From NCBI GenBank assembly GCA_045105515.1, contig JBGCDR010000051.1:12173-76172 (forward strand): 64,000 nt of DNA. The letters are read 5' to 3'. Shown piece by piece: positions 48,716 through 58,963 of the stretch. The stretch's first letter is position 1, and each line of letters opens with the position of its first letter. This DNA comes from Oligoflexales bacterium. Its GTDB lineage: Bacteria > Bdellovibrionota_B > Oligoflexia > Oligoflexales > Bog-1112. The notes below the pieces were generated by a model. It saw only the letters and a program-made list of their open reading frames with translations, did no database searches and had not been told where the DNA came from. The translations under genes were made by a program, and so were the position numbers.

Positions 48716-50305
48716 TTAGGTTGCGTAATCAATGTACTTGCTCTCACGTAGTACAGAAATACGCACTTGACCCGGAAAAGTCAGTTCTTGTCTAATTTTT
48801 AATGCAAGCTCGTCCGAAAGGTCTCTGACTTCGTCATCAGTGACTCCTTCGGGTTTTACCAAGGCTCGCACTTCCCGGCCAGCTTGAAGGACATAGGCAC
48901 TTTCAATGCCTTGAAAGGTTTTAACGATCTTCTCCATATCCTCAAGGCGTTTGATATAACTCTCCATGACTTCTTTTCTTGCGCCCGGCCGGTTGGTTGA
49001 TAAAGTATTGGCGGCGCCAAGTATAACAGCCAGTGCTGAGGCATTGAGTAAGTCTTCGGCATGGTGGAGTCTTATTGCAGTGGATACTTCTTTATGCTCG
49101 CCGTATTTTTCAGTGATTTCGGCTCCAAGCTCAGCATGGTGTCCTTCAAATTCTTGGTCAACCGCTTTACCAATATCGTGAAGAAGACCAGCGCGTTTTG
49201 CCCTTTTTATATTCACTCCCAACTCTGATGCTATCATTCCGCAAATTTGAGCGGTCTCCACAGAGTGCTGGAGAACAGATTGTACTCCTGTGGAACGAAA
49301 CCTTAGTTTTCCAAGCAAGGAGATAATCTCCGGGTGCAAGTCGGTGATGCCGGTGTCGAAAGCTGCTTGCTCTCCATACTCTGAAATGATGCCATCAAAT
49401 TCAGATTCAACTCTTTTAACGGTCTCTTCAATTCTAGCAGGATGAATTCTGCCATCTGCAATGAGTCGTTCCAGAGTTATTTTCGCAACTTCTCTGCGAA
49501 CAGGGTTAAAACATGAAATTATGACCGCCTCTGGGGTGTCGTCAATTATGAGGTCCACTCCAGTAGCTTGTTCGATGGTGCGGATGTTTCGCCCTTCCCG
49601 TCCAATGATCCTGCCTTTCATCTCTTCACCTGGTAAGTTAACAACAGTGATAGTCGAGTCGTTGACATACTCTCCAGAAAGCCTTTGGACAGCGAGGCTA
49701 ATAACCTCAGTGGCTTTTTGTGAGGCAACCTTCCTGGTTTCAGCCTCAATATGGCGGATGGATTCCTTCGCAGATTTGCGAGCTTCTTCTTCCAAGGAAC
49801 TCATCAATTCCTTCTTAGCTTCCTCTACAGATAGGTTCGCTATTTTTTCGAGGGTCTTCTTATTTTTTTCTAAATTAAGCTCATACTCAGCAATGATACG
49901 AAGCTTTCGCTTTTCTTCTGATAGGAGTTTTTGTTCGAGCTCAAGGTTCTTTGTCTCTTTAGCTTCTAGGGTGCTAAATTTCTTCTCAAGAGTCTGCTCC
50001 CTTAGCTTAATTTTCTTCTCGAGCTTATTCATCTCAGTTTTGCGCCGTTTTGCTTCTTCTTCGAAGTTTTTGCGGCGTCTGCGCGACTCTTCTTTAGCTT
50101 CTTGGAGAGCCGACTTTACGATGCGATCAGCGTCTTTTCGAGCTTCATCGAGAATTTTTTTTGATTCTGACTGAGCGCTTTCATAGACACTCTCAAGTTT
50201 TTTCTTATTTGCGAAGAAAATCCCATACAATGCTACGCCAAATAATAGGCCGATTACTACTAATAACCCTTCTAAAAAACCCACGGAATTAACCTCCGAA
50301 TACAA
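48716..50305 (-). CDS. rny: Ribonuclease Y
   Basis: N-terminal TM, coiled coil, KH domain (MKGRIIGREGRNIR), HD motif (LLHDIGK), RPGAR and QAGREVR. Confidence 0.96.
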   Translation of the reverse strand: MYSEVNSVGFLEGLLVVIGLLFGVALYGIFFANKKKLESVYESAQSESKKILDEARKDADRIVKSALQEAKEESRRRRKNFEEEAKRRKTEMNKLEKKIKLREQTLEKKFSTLEAKETKNLELEQKLLSEEKRKLRIIAEYELNLEKNKKTLEKIANLSVEEAKKELMSSLEEEARKSAKESIRHIEAETRKVASQKATEVISLAVQRLSGEYVNDSTITVVNLPGEEMKGRIIGREGRNIRTIEQATGVDLIIDDTPEAVIISCFNPVRREVAKITLERLIADGRIHPARIEETVKRVESEFDGIISEYGEQAAFDTGITDLHPEIISLLGKLRFRSTGVQSVLQHSVETAQICGMIASELGVNIKRAKRAGLLHDIGKAVDQEFEGHHAELGAEITEKYGEHKEVSTAIRLHHAEDLLNASALAVILGAANTLSTNRPGARKEVMESYIKRLEDMEKIVKTFQGIESAYVLQAGREVRALVKPEGVTDDEVRDLSDELALKIRQELTFPGQVRISVLRESKYIDYAT

Positions 50306-50448
50306 TTCATTCTGGTTCAGACAGGAAACATCTGCGTTTTAGGCCTGCTGATCTAAAAACTATCTTGAACTAGCTACGATTGCAACGCACGAATCATCAA
50401 TATAGCGAGGCTTGGCTAGGTGAGGTAAAAATAGATCGCAAACTGCAT

Positions 50449-50484
50449 AAAAAAATCCGACCTTTAAGCAGAAAAAGCCGGATT
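50449..50484 (-). terminator. Intrinsic terminator after pal
   Basis: Minus strand stem ATCCGGCTTT...AAAGGTCGGAT followed by a T run. Confidence 0.7.
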
Positions 50485-50519
50485 ATTCATAAACTTTTTA
50501 AATATCTTGAGCGTTAGGT

Positions 50520-51017
50520 CTATTGCATTGTGAATTCTGCTCTTCTGTTCTGTGACCAAGCGCTTTCATCATGTCCCTCAACAGCAGGCATCTCTTCACC
50601 GTAGCTAATGGTGGTGATGCGGCTATCCTCAACCCCTAGTTGCACCAGATATTGCTTAACAGATTGAGCTCGGCGCTCACCAAGTGCTAAGTTGTACTGA
50701 GTGGAACCTCTTTCGTCACAGTGACCTGCAACTTGTAAAGAAGTACTATTGCCTTTCAAGCTTTCTGCTAAGGCACTTAGCTTGTTTTGGCCTTCCATAG
50801 AAATCACGTCACTGTCGAAAGCAAAGAAAATGGTCTCAGGAGAATACGATGCCTGTGAGTCCATACTGTCCATTCCAGGGTCTGCTGGAATTTCTTGAGC
50901 TTGCTCGTCTGTTTGGACTGGCTCTTCTGCTGGTGGCGTCTCTTCGCAGCCGTAAAAGGTAAGACCAGAAACAGCGAGAAATAAAACAAGTAAAGTTTTG
51001 CGATTTATCCCCAACAT
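50520..51017 (-). CDS. pal: Peptidoglycan-associated lipoprotein (OmpA-like domain)
   Basis: YGC lipobox; motifs FAFDS, GHCDERGS.QYNLALGERRA, ISYGEE and NRRAEF. Confidence 0.93.
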   Translation of the reverse strand: MLGINRKTLLVLFLAVSGLTFYGCEETPPAEEPVQTDEQAQEIPADPGMDSMDSQASYSPETIFFAFDSDVISMEGQNKLSALAESLKGNSTSLQVAGHCDERGSTQYNLALGERRAQSVKQYLVQLGVEDSRITTISYGEEMPAVEGHDESAWSQNRRAEFTMQ

Positions 51018-51194
51018 GGTGTGCTTCTCCTCAAGTGCGACCGATGTTATGACGTACTATTTATAGAAAAAATTATTTCACAAACCCGCCTTCATGACAA
51101 ATATTTCGTCAACAAAAGTTTGTTTGCCGTCAGTTTAAGAAGTTAAGACAAGCAGAGCTGATTTGCAAGCAATTAGGCTGCGCAGACCCTTGTT

Positions 51195-52667
51195 TTAGGT
51201 ATACTTAGGGGTGCTTGCGGTTTTTAGGGAGCTGCAAAATTTCTTCACAATGCCAGAAAAGCTACCACATGACATGAAGATTACCGAGTCACCTGCGCGG
51301 CTGTGTTGAGCCAGCCAATCATAGACTTCACCATTGGTGTTGAAGGCATGTGATTCGTCTCCGACATTGGCAGCAATTTCCTTCGTATCCATTCTTTCTT
51401 GCTTTGGGATTCTTTCATCATTGGCGCAGGCACCAATCAACGACACATCTGCTTTTTTTAATGCTTCGGTGTAATCTGCAGCGAATATTTTGCGTCGTGA
51501 AGTAGCATTTCTTGGTTCGAAGGCGACGATCACCCTTTTGTCGGGGTGCGAAATTCTGAAACTTTCAATTACGGTCTTAACCGCGGTCGGGTGGTGGGCA
51601 AAGTCTTCGTAGACCTGAATACCTTTGCTAGTGCAAAGATGGTCGAGCCGCCTGCGTACACTCTTAAACTTAAGAAGTATTTCGCCTAGCTCTTGAGCGT
51701 TGCAGTTCTTATTGAGAAAACCATTTTGTTGCATATAGCTTAAGCATCCGATAACCATAGCTATATTGGCAGCATTGTGTGCTCCTCCTAGCTTACAAGA
51801 AAGGGTCATTTGCCCCCAGAGGTCTGTGTCTAAAGGAATTTTCCATAAGCCTTTTTCTTCGTCAAAGGCCAGGCTACCATTCAGTTTTACATCTCCTGTG
51901 CTTGTGAGGCCTTTAGCGCTGATTTTAGTGACCTTGTTAAAAATACTAAGCTGATTAAGGAGTTTGCTGACACCGGGGTCATCGATATTGGCTATGATCT
52001 GGGCCGGATTCGGGACTAATTTAAGAAGTTTGGCAAACGTATCTTCAATAGCTTCTAAGTTAGAAAAAATGTCGGCATGATCAAATTCAAGGTTATTTAA
52101 GATTACGATTTGCGGCCTATAGTGAAGGAATTTAGACTCTTTATCGAAAAACGCAGTATCGTATTCGTCTCCCTCTACCACGAATAGAGAGCCCTTACCG
52201 AGCTGGTAGCTTTTAGTGAAATTTCTGGGAATGCCGCCAATTAGGAAGCTTGGATCTTGATCTAGTTCTTGAAGGAAAAATGAAAGTAGTGAACAGGTTG
52301 TTGTTTTTCCATGAGTTCCGCTTACTACGATGCTCTTTTTTTTCTCTAAAAAGCGATCACCAAGCAATGCAGCAAAGCTAGTATGTGGGATTTTATGCTT
52401 GAGAATATGCTCTACCTCAGGATTTCCTCGGGATAGGCTATTTGCGACCACAACGAGATCAGGGCTAGTCTTTGTCAAATTATCAGCTTTGTAGGGAGTT
52501 AGAACCGGAATTTTTAAGTCTGCTAGCATAGTTGACATGGGAGGGTAAATTTCCCGGTCGCTTCCTACAACCTCAACCCCTGTCTGCTGCAACATCCCAG
52601 CTACAGATGCCATTCCAGTGCCAGCAATTCCCATGAAGTAAACTTTCTCGCGTTTTGATTCTGCCAT
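51195..52667 (-). CDS. mpl: UDP-MurNAc:L-Ala-gamma-D-Glu-mDAP ligase (murein peptide ligase)
   Basis: Motifs GIAGTGM, YPPMS, SRGNP, GTHGKTTT, EGDEYDTAFFDK, EFDHADI and DFAHHPTA. Start 52667 preferred over 52736. Confidence 0.93.
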   Translation of the reverse strand: MAESKREKVYFMGIAGTGMASVAGMLQQTGVEVVGSDREIYPPMSTMLADLKIPVLTPYKADNLTKTSPDLVVVANSLSRGNPEVEHILKHKIPHTSFAALLGDRFLEKKKSIVVSGTHGKTTTCSLLSFFLQELDQDPSFLIGGIPRNFTKSYQLGKGSLFVVEGDEYDTAFFDKESKFLHYRPQIVILNNLEFDHADIFSNLEAIEDTFAKLLKLVPNPAQIIANIDDPGVSKLLNQLSIFNKVTKISAKGLTSTGDVKLNGSLAFDEEKGLWKIPLDTDLWGQMTLSCKLGGAHNAANIAMVIGCLSYMQQNGFLNKNCNAQELGEILLKFKSVRRRLDHLCTSKGIQVYEDFAHHPTAVKTVIESFRISHPDKRVIVAFEPRNATSRRKIFAADYTEALKKADVSLIGACANDERIPKQERMDTKEIAANVGDESHAFNTNGEVYDWLAQHSRAGDSVIFMSCGSFSGIVKKFCSSLKTASTPKYT

Positions 52668-52732
52668 TGCCTGCAGCCTCCATTGTTTAGCTTGAATATT
52701 TTTTGCATTCTTTCTTGAAAGATAGCCTTGCC

Positions 52733-53626
52733 TCACTCCATGCTTGAAGAGAAATGCCAGTTAAGCTGGCAGGCTTTGGAGTCAAGCTTAGCATTTGCAC
52801 CGATCACTAAACTCCAATTGGGAGAAAGGTGACCAAATTCTATAGTACTCCACGCTGGTATTGGGGACCGTTCAGCCAGTTCCCTCTTTACCTCTTCCTC
52901 TTCTAGGCTGCTATCAAGGTTTTTTAAGTGTCCCCAGATGACTCCCAAAGCTCCAGATAAAGCCCCACTTTGGATGAGTTGGTTCCAATGGCGTATGAGT
53001 TGACCGGGATTTTCTCCAGTGTCTTCAAGGAAAATATAATAGTCCTTCAGTGATTGTGGGAAATATGGTGTGCCGATGAGGTTGCAAAGCACTGACATGC
53101 AGCCACCAAACAGACGCCCTTGCAAAGGAGCAGCTCCAATGTTGTTTAGTGGGGACAAAGGAATACTGCCAGCCTTTTCAGATTGGGACATTAAATGGAG
53201 AAGAAAATCGATGTCTTCGGTTGAGTTCAAGTCCCAAAGCGCCGAGCCAGGCATGGGTCCATGAATACCAGGCCAGCTTAGTACGGTCCAAAAAGCGGCG
53301 TGAATGGCACTTATGTCGGAAAACCCCACGATCCACTTATGTCTAATCGAGCCAAGTTTTGCCCATGGAAGGTGAGGAAGTAGGTCGCTGGCGCCATAAC
53401 CTCCTCGGGCGCAGAGGATGATTTGACTTTCGGGCTCTAAGAGCGCACTAAGAAACCTTTCAGATCGCTCATTTATACTGCCAGCTGTGTAAGGCCAGGG
53501 AGTTGAACTTGAGGGTTCATCGTACAAGATGTTAAAACCTTCGGATTCTAGCTGTGCAATCCTTCCTGGAATGAGGTCCTCTCCTCCCTTGCTTGAAGGC
53601 TGGATTATGCGAATGGTTGCTTTCAT
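52733..53626 (-). CDS. ldcA: LD-carboxypeptidase (peptidase S66)
   Basis: Motifs ARGGYG, GFSD, HGPM, FLED.GE and FGH, giving a Ser-Glu-His triad. Confidence 0.92.
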   Translation of the reverse strand: MKATIRIIQPSSKGGEDLIPGRIAQLESEGFNILYDEPSSSTPWPYTAGSINERSERFLSALLEPESQIILCARGGYGASDLLPHLPWAKLGSIRHKWIVGFSDISAIHAAFWTVLSWPGIHGPMPGSALWDLNSTEDIDFLLHLMSQSEKAGSIPLSPLNNIGAAPLQGRLFGGCMSVLCNLIGTPYFPQSLKDYYIFLEDTGENPGQLIRHWNQLIQSGALSGALGVIWGHLKNLDSSLEEEEVKRELAERSPIPAWSTIEFGHLSPNWSLVIGANAKLDSKACQLNWHFSSSME

Positions 53627-53677
53627 TGAGCTTCCTTTGCGAAAATCTTCGATGGTTTAGTGTGATTAAGGAGTTAT

Positions 53678-54811
53678 ATGGTTTACCACGAACAATGCCG
53701 CTGGTTTTCAGGATACAAGCCATGCAAGTACAAGCGTTCATGCGAGGCCTGTCCCCATTATAAACCCGTTAAAACTAGAATCGCTATTGTTAGCCTTGAA
53801 GCAATGGGCGCAGTTTTACGTAGCACTTGCTTGCTTGAGCCACTTTTAAGAAAGTTTCCAGGGGTTCATATCACTTGGATCACTTTGAAGCAAAGTAAGC
53901 CATTGCTTGCCAATAACCATTTGATTGACCGGATCATCTGCCTTGGTCCAGATACGGCAGCCCTCTTAGCTCATCTTGAGTTTGATTATGTCTATGGCGT
54001 GGACAAATCATTGGAAGCCGGAGCTTTGGTGGAACGTTTGCAAGCCAAGAAAAAGTGGGGCTTTGGACTCAGCCCCATGGGAGTGATCAAACCTCTCACT
54101 TCTCACGCCAATTATCAATATGATGTTGGCCTTAATGATGAGCTTAAGTTTTTCCAAAATCAGAAGCCTGAAACTCAGCAGATCACTGAAACCATGGGCT
54201 TAAAATGGGAGCGTGATCCCTATGTTTTGGATTTGAGCGCAGACGAAATTCAGGATTCCCAGCATAGGCGTGAAATGATTCTAAATCATGCGCTTGAATC
54301 TGGGGGTAAAGAGAAAAGCCTAGGAATTATTGGATACAATACTGGCTGTTCGGTACTTTTCCCCTACAAGAAATTCACCGTGGAGCGAGCAATAGAAACC
54401 ATTCATTTTTGGCGTGAAAAGTTTCCGCGTCACAGCGTCGTCTTGCTTGGGGGCCGTGAGGATCATGAGCGTCAAGAAGAGATGAAGGCAGCTTTTGCAG
54501 AAGATCCCTATGTTTATAATAGTCCATGCCAGGGGGGCCTTCGCTCAGGAATCCTGTGGATGAATACCAGCGATGTGGTCTTTTCTGGGTGTTCTTTAGG
54601 AATGCATATGGCAATTGGCTTAGGTAAGAAGGTGGTAGCTTGGTTTGGGGTCAGTTGTATTCAAGAAATCGACCTCTATGATCGTGGGGTAAAATTACAA
54701 TCAGAGGTAGCTTGCTCTCCTTGTTGGAAAAAAAGTTGCGACAAAGATCTAAAGTGTTTTGATCAGGTAAGCCCACAAAAAATTGCCGATGCTATCGAAG
54801 GATTGCTATAA
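53678..54811 (+). CDS. Glycosyltransferase family 9 (heptosyltransferase-like)
   Basis: Motifs AMGAVLRST, ITWIT, MHMAIGLGK..VAWFG and CSPC....C. Confidence 0.88.
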   Translation: MVYHEQCRWFSGYKPCKYKRSCEACPHYKPVKTRIAIVSLEAMGAVLRSTCLLEPLLRKFPGVHITWITLKQSKPLLANNHLIDRIICLGPDTAALLAHLEFDYVYGVDKSLEAGALVERLQAKKKWGFGLSPMGVIKPLTSHANYQYDVGLNDELKFFQNQKPETQQITETMGLKWERDPYVLDLSADEIQDSQHRREMILNHALESGGKEKSLGIIGYNTGCSVLFPYKKFTVERAIETIHFWREKFPRHSVVLLGGREDHERQEEMKAAFAEDPYVYNSPCQGGLRSGILWMNTSDVVFSGCSLGMHMAIGLGKKVVAWFGVSCIQEIDLYDRGVKLQSEVACSPCWKKSCDKDLKCFDQVSPQKIADAIEGLL

Positions 54812-54841
54812 GTCGTATCAGGATTAGTCTTGGGAGTAGAA

Positions 54842-55339
54842 ATGCAACAAGAGTACCTGCTTGAGGTTTTAGGTAAAATAGGAATTGATTTTATCAAGCA
54901 TGAGCACCCACCAGTTTATACATGTGAAGAAGCAGCTATTCATCTTTCATATATGAACACTGGTAGATGTAAAAATTTGTTCCTTCGTAATTATCGGGGT
55001 AATCAGCACTACTTAGTAGTTTTGGCTGCAGACTCTCAAGTAAATTTCAGCTTTTTATCCGAGCATTTGGGTGAGAAGAAGCTTATGTTTGCTTCTGAAA
55101 AACGCTTAGAAAAATACCTTAGTGTACGTCCTGGGAGTGTATCCCCTTTTGGCTTAATTTACGACCAAGACAAGCATGTGAAGGTACTTGTTCAAGATGA
55201 CTTATTCACCCATGAAAAACTAAGTTTTCATCCCAATTGTAATAAAGCTTCCTTGGAAATTTACAGCGAGGACTTTATCCGATTTCTCGACTGGACTGGG
55301 AATTTGTGGTCAAAGTTTGAGTTCGAACGAAGTGAGTAG
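54842..55339 (+). CDS. YbaK/ProX family prolyl-tRNA editing protein
   Basis: Motifs EHPPVYT.EE, KNLFL, PGSVSPFGL and FHPN.N. Confidence 0.92.
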   Translation: MQQEYLLEVLGKIGIDFIKHEHPPVYTCEEAAIHLSYMNTGRCKNLFLRNYRGNQHYLVVLAADSQVNFSFLSEHLGEKKLMFASEKRLEKYLSVRPGSVSPFGLIYDQDKHVKVLVQDDLFTHEKLSFHPNCNKASLEIYSEDFIRFLDWTGNLWSKFEFERSE

Positions 55340-55436
55340 GTCCCTGTTAGATCATAATTATCGAATTATCCACAGAGTAGGAAGCTATTTGGACCATATT
55401 TTAGAAAAAAAATTACAGGATTCTGGTATTAGAGCG

Positions 55437-56069
55437 TCACTTTACATCTTCAGCTGCAACTCCTGTACATGACATTTTTTGCTTCAAAAACTATATGTGA
55501 GTCTTTGTTTGCTAATCTACAGGATAGACTTCCTTCGCTGGTAAAATCATGTACGTCTTTAATTTTTGGTCATCTGGATCTACTAGCCGACGAGTATTAA
55601 GTAGGTTAAACGAATCGATTTTGACTGTACAAGATGCTTCAGGGTCGCCTAAACCCCAAATTTGATGCTCACTCCCGGAAAATCTGTGATACATCACGAT
55701 TTCTTTTGGAGATTTTCCATGTATTTCCCAACTTTGCCCTGATTTTGGTAGGCCATCTAAATCCTTTATTATCTCAATATTACTGGATAGCTTCACCCCT
55801 TCATCTTGCCCAAAGTTCCAATAGAAAATGTTCTTTCCATTAGATTGGTAGTAAGAACATCCTTGGTGAGGCATATCATCAAGATTTATTTTTTTGATCT
55901 CACCATTTTCGTGAACTTCAGCAGAAGAGAATCTTAACCCTGCTGATACATCTAAGTTAGGAATTGAATTTTCTTCTTCTTCTTTTTCCTTTTTATTACC
56001 GCAACTAGCAGTTTGAGTGGCCAGGATAACTAATAGTAGGATCTGAATAATTCGATAAATTTTTAGCAT
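55437..56069 (-). pseudogene. Frameshifted lipoprotein, paralog of 57677..58630
   Basis: TASC lipobox and strong similarity to the 57677 protein. Homology continues past the 55512 stop in shifted frames (HDFTSEGSLSCRL..KDS.I.FEA; MSCTGVA), with indels in A runs near 55565 and 55477. Confidence 0.75.
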
Positions 56070-56342
56070 TATAAAACTCCTTTGAAAAATAAGCCACGCG
56101 GCGTGGCAATCATGTGTATAAGTTTTTGCAAGTGGAAGACCAGAATATATTTGTCGTAATATCTGCGGCTTACGATTTGGTGGCTGTTAACGATTTATTT
56201 TGGAATAGTGGATCATGCTTACAAGTACCTATTTTAATTTTATTTATTAGAGATGTATGGGCAATCGATATCACTATTTTGTCTACATAAGATCTATAAT
56301 ATAATAATGTAGGTCACTTAGCACTTTTTCGGAGATATCTAA

Positions 56343-57670
56343 TATTTTTGCTATTTAGCTCCACTGAAAAAAAATTTTGAGTACACTCTTCCAAATAAGG
56401 ACTTACAATTGTTCATTACCCTTGGCAATTTAAATACCTTCAGGGAAGAGTTTAAAAAAACACTTTCGGAACTTGAAGAAGAACAAAAGCGTGCATTTCT
56501 TTATAATCTACTCCATCAAAAAAAATCATCGAAAAAAAATAGAAATGAACTGATTAACTGTATGCTTGCAAATATTTTTTGGGTCAGGCTCCAGTTTCAT
56601 AATAATTTCAATGAAGGATCAAAATGTTTAAAGTACTCGTGTAAGATCATCAAAATCTTTACCAAAGAAAATCGAAAGCTATCGTCAATTAGTCGAGATA
56701 TCGAGCACAACTATGCAAATTTTCAAGCTAGAGAACTAAATTTTGGTGAGGCCATACCCTTATATCTCAAGCTCGTTAGCGCTGAACGCCAGCCAAATAG
56801 AAAAACTAAGGTTATAGTGAACCTCTTAAGGTCTTATATTAAGATGGGTCTTTTTTATAAGGCTCTAGATACTTGTTTCAAAAAAAATCCACTGTAAATC
56901 AAGCGTCTCTAGAGATTAAGACTACCTTCTTTCTTCTCAATGCAAGGCTGCTACTCATACTTGGATACGAGTCCTCTGTTCAGGAATGTTTGGACCAAAT
57001 TGCCTTAAACAAACGCCTAGATGCGAACCAAAAAATAGAATTAAAATATCTACAACTTTATGCTTCTGTAGATCCTGGGAATTTTTTACCAACTCTCAAT
57101 CATTATCGGAGCATTATTGATACACTTATTGAGCAAGAAAGAGAGTCGGCTTCTTATTCATATGAACTAGAGCAACTACTTTTTATTAACATTCTTGAAC
57201 CAAAAAAAGTAAAAAGTCGCAAGAAATTTATAGAACGTTGTAAGTTCTTAGCTCGAAAATCAGGAGACCAAACCATGTTTCCTTTAATCACCAACTTCGA
57301 GTCAATAATTTATCATCATAACCCTACTGAAGCAGATTACCTAGTAGCCTTTGAGTCATTGCATAAGCTATACAAGTCATCTTACCACTTGCTATTTCAA
57401 CATCTTACTATTCAAATTATAGATTTTCTTTTAATGAAATCTAGATATGGAAAGGCTAGTTCGCTTCTGCAAGATCTCAAAGCTTATCATGCAAATAGAG
57501 AAAGTGGGATAAGTCAAAAGCTTCTAGGCCAACTAAAAAAATCACCAAGTCGCATTCGAAATTATTATAACAAGCAAATCGAACAATTGCCGACAAAATT
57601 TGATGAAGATTCTGAAATTCAGAATCTTTTACCCTTAACAGGTGAATACTCAACTTTAATTGAGGAATAA
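56343..57670 (+). pseudogene. Split helical-repeat (TPR-like) protein gene, frameshifted at an A8 run
   Basis: ORFs 56409..56897 and 56873..57670 overlap at A8 (56880-56887); one extra A fuses them. TPR-like helices (NYANFQ..ELNFGEAIPLY; NLLRSYIKMGLFYKAL). No clean start. Confidence 0.55.
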
Positions 57671-57676
57671 GAAATA

Positions 57677-58630
57677 ATGACAAGAACAATTGTGCTTACT
57701 ATGATGGTATTCCTGGTATCACTTTCTTGCAACGAGCCTAAAAATGAATCTAACTCCATCCGCCCTGATAATAGTGAAACTGATCCAGATTGGTTCGGTC
57801 TACGGTTCAAATCTGCCCTAAAAATAGAGGAGACTGGGGTGAGAAAAAATATTGACCTTGAGGAACTTCCTGTTCAAGGCTGCTCTTATTATCCTGCCAG
57901 CGGACTTAATATTTTCTATTGGGCCTTTGGACAAGGTGAAGGGGTGAAGACAACCAGTAATATTGAGATTATTATGAATTTGGATGGTCCGCCAAAACCA
58001 GGGCAAAGTTGGAAAATAGATGGAAAATCTCCAAAAGAAATTGTGGTTTATCATAGATTTTCTAGGAGTACTCACCAAGTTTGGGGCTTATCTGACCCTG
58101 AGGCATTTTGTACCGTCAAAATTGGTTCTTTTAATATAATTGAAACGAAGACTTATACTCATCCAGATACAAAAGCGGTCGGAGAAATCCAGGAGTTTCT
58201 TAGCAAAGGTGAGCTAAACTGCTTATTAGTAAATAGTAATAAAGATTCCCGATTAAGCTTCGAAGCAGATATGGCTTGTACAGGCACTGCATTGATAGGA
58301 GACTTAGAAGTAAATTCCGAAGAATTAACACTCCAGGACACCAATAACAATTCTGATTGGACCTATAGGGGTTTTAATACTTTTTCTGAGGCAAAAAAAC
58401 GATGTGAAGACAATAATCAAGTAATACCGACTGAAGAACAAGCAAAAGCATCTCACTTATGGCTTTTTCAGTCTGAACTTAAGACTAGATTGATTCCTTC
58501 AGTTTTCTATACCCCTAATTTTTGGATCACACCCGGTATTGGCAATAATAGAATTTGGGTTTTAGAAGAATCTGGCAGAGTAGAAGCTGGAGGCCCAGAA
58601 GAAGGGGTCTTATGTATACAAAAAAATTAG
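57677..58630 (+). CDS. Lipoprotein with a C-terminal C-type-lectin-fold-like (Lcl/adhesin-like) domain
   Basis: SLSC lipobox, GAGG SD, and a C-terminal TFSEAKKRC....IPT.EQ...FWI...VLCI pattern. Confidence 0.7.
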   Translation: MTRTIVLTMMVFLVSLSCNEPKNESNSIRPDNSETDPDWFGLRFKSALKIEETGVRKNIDLEELPVQGCSYYPASGLNIFYWAFGQGEGVKTTSNIEIIMNLDGPPKPGQSWKIDGKSPKEIVVYHRFSRSTHQVWGLSDPEAFCTVKIGSFNIIETKTYTHPDTKAVGEIQEFLSKGELNCLLVNSNKDSRLSFEADMACTGTALIGDLEVNSEELTLQDTNNNSDWTYRGFNTFSEAKKRCEDNNQVIPTEEQAKASHLWLFQSELKTRLIPSVFYTPNFWITPGIGNNRIWVLEESGRVEAGGPEEGVLCIQKN

Positions 58631-58640
58631 TTGAGACAGC

Positions 58641-58960
58641 CTGAGGATTGTCACAGAGGATGGTTTATACATAGCAAAATCCAGTGCCACAGATAGGGTT
58701 ATGGAGGTATATCCGGATAAAACCCTGAACGAATCAGAAGAGTTCATTGAAACTGGTTTGGGTTTTCTGAAACATGGTGACTACTGTGATACTTGAACTT
58801 GAAGAGAGGTCGACAAGCTGAGGAATACGGGCTTATTTATGATAATCGCCATCGGTACATCAAATTTTGCTTAGAATATGATAAGGATGGCGATGAAAGG
58901 TTTATTGCTAACATTATTTTCATCTTCCTAGATCGGTGGTGGCACTTTTACAAAAGCTGA
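58641..58960 (+). pseudogene. MqsR-like mRNA interferase toxin remnant
   Basis: Joining frames gives ...GLGFLKHGDYCDT/LNLKRGRQAEEYGLIYDNRHRYIKF...NI(S)FHLP, matching the L..DF...D/ExY...YIKF...SFH pattern of MqsR-type toxins. Directly upstream of a Zn-ribbon HTH gene. Confidence 0.55.
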
Positions 58961-58963
58961 AAA

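Noticed and set aside
49461..50174. 237-aa plus-strand ORF, and the many other short antisense or alternative-frame ORFs in the track
   Set aside because: Shadows of well-supported genes (here rny), with no motifs or SD.
50306..50450. 6S RNA upstream of rny
   Set aside because: Too short, lacks the long rod with a central bubble, and has no zapA/ygfA context.
58360..58630. Diversity-generating retroelement target (C-type-lectin-like C-terminus)
   Set aside because: No reverse transcriptase and no template repeat differing at adenines in this window.
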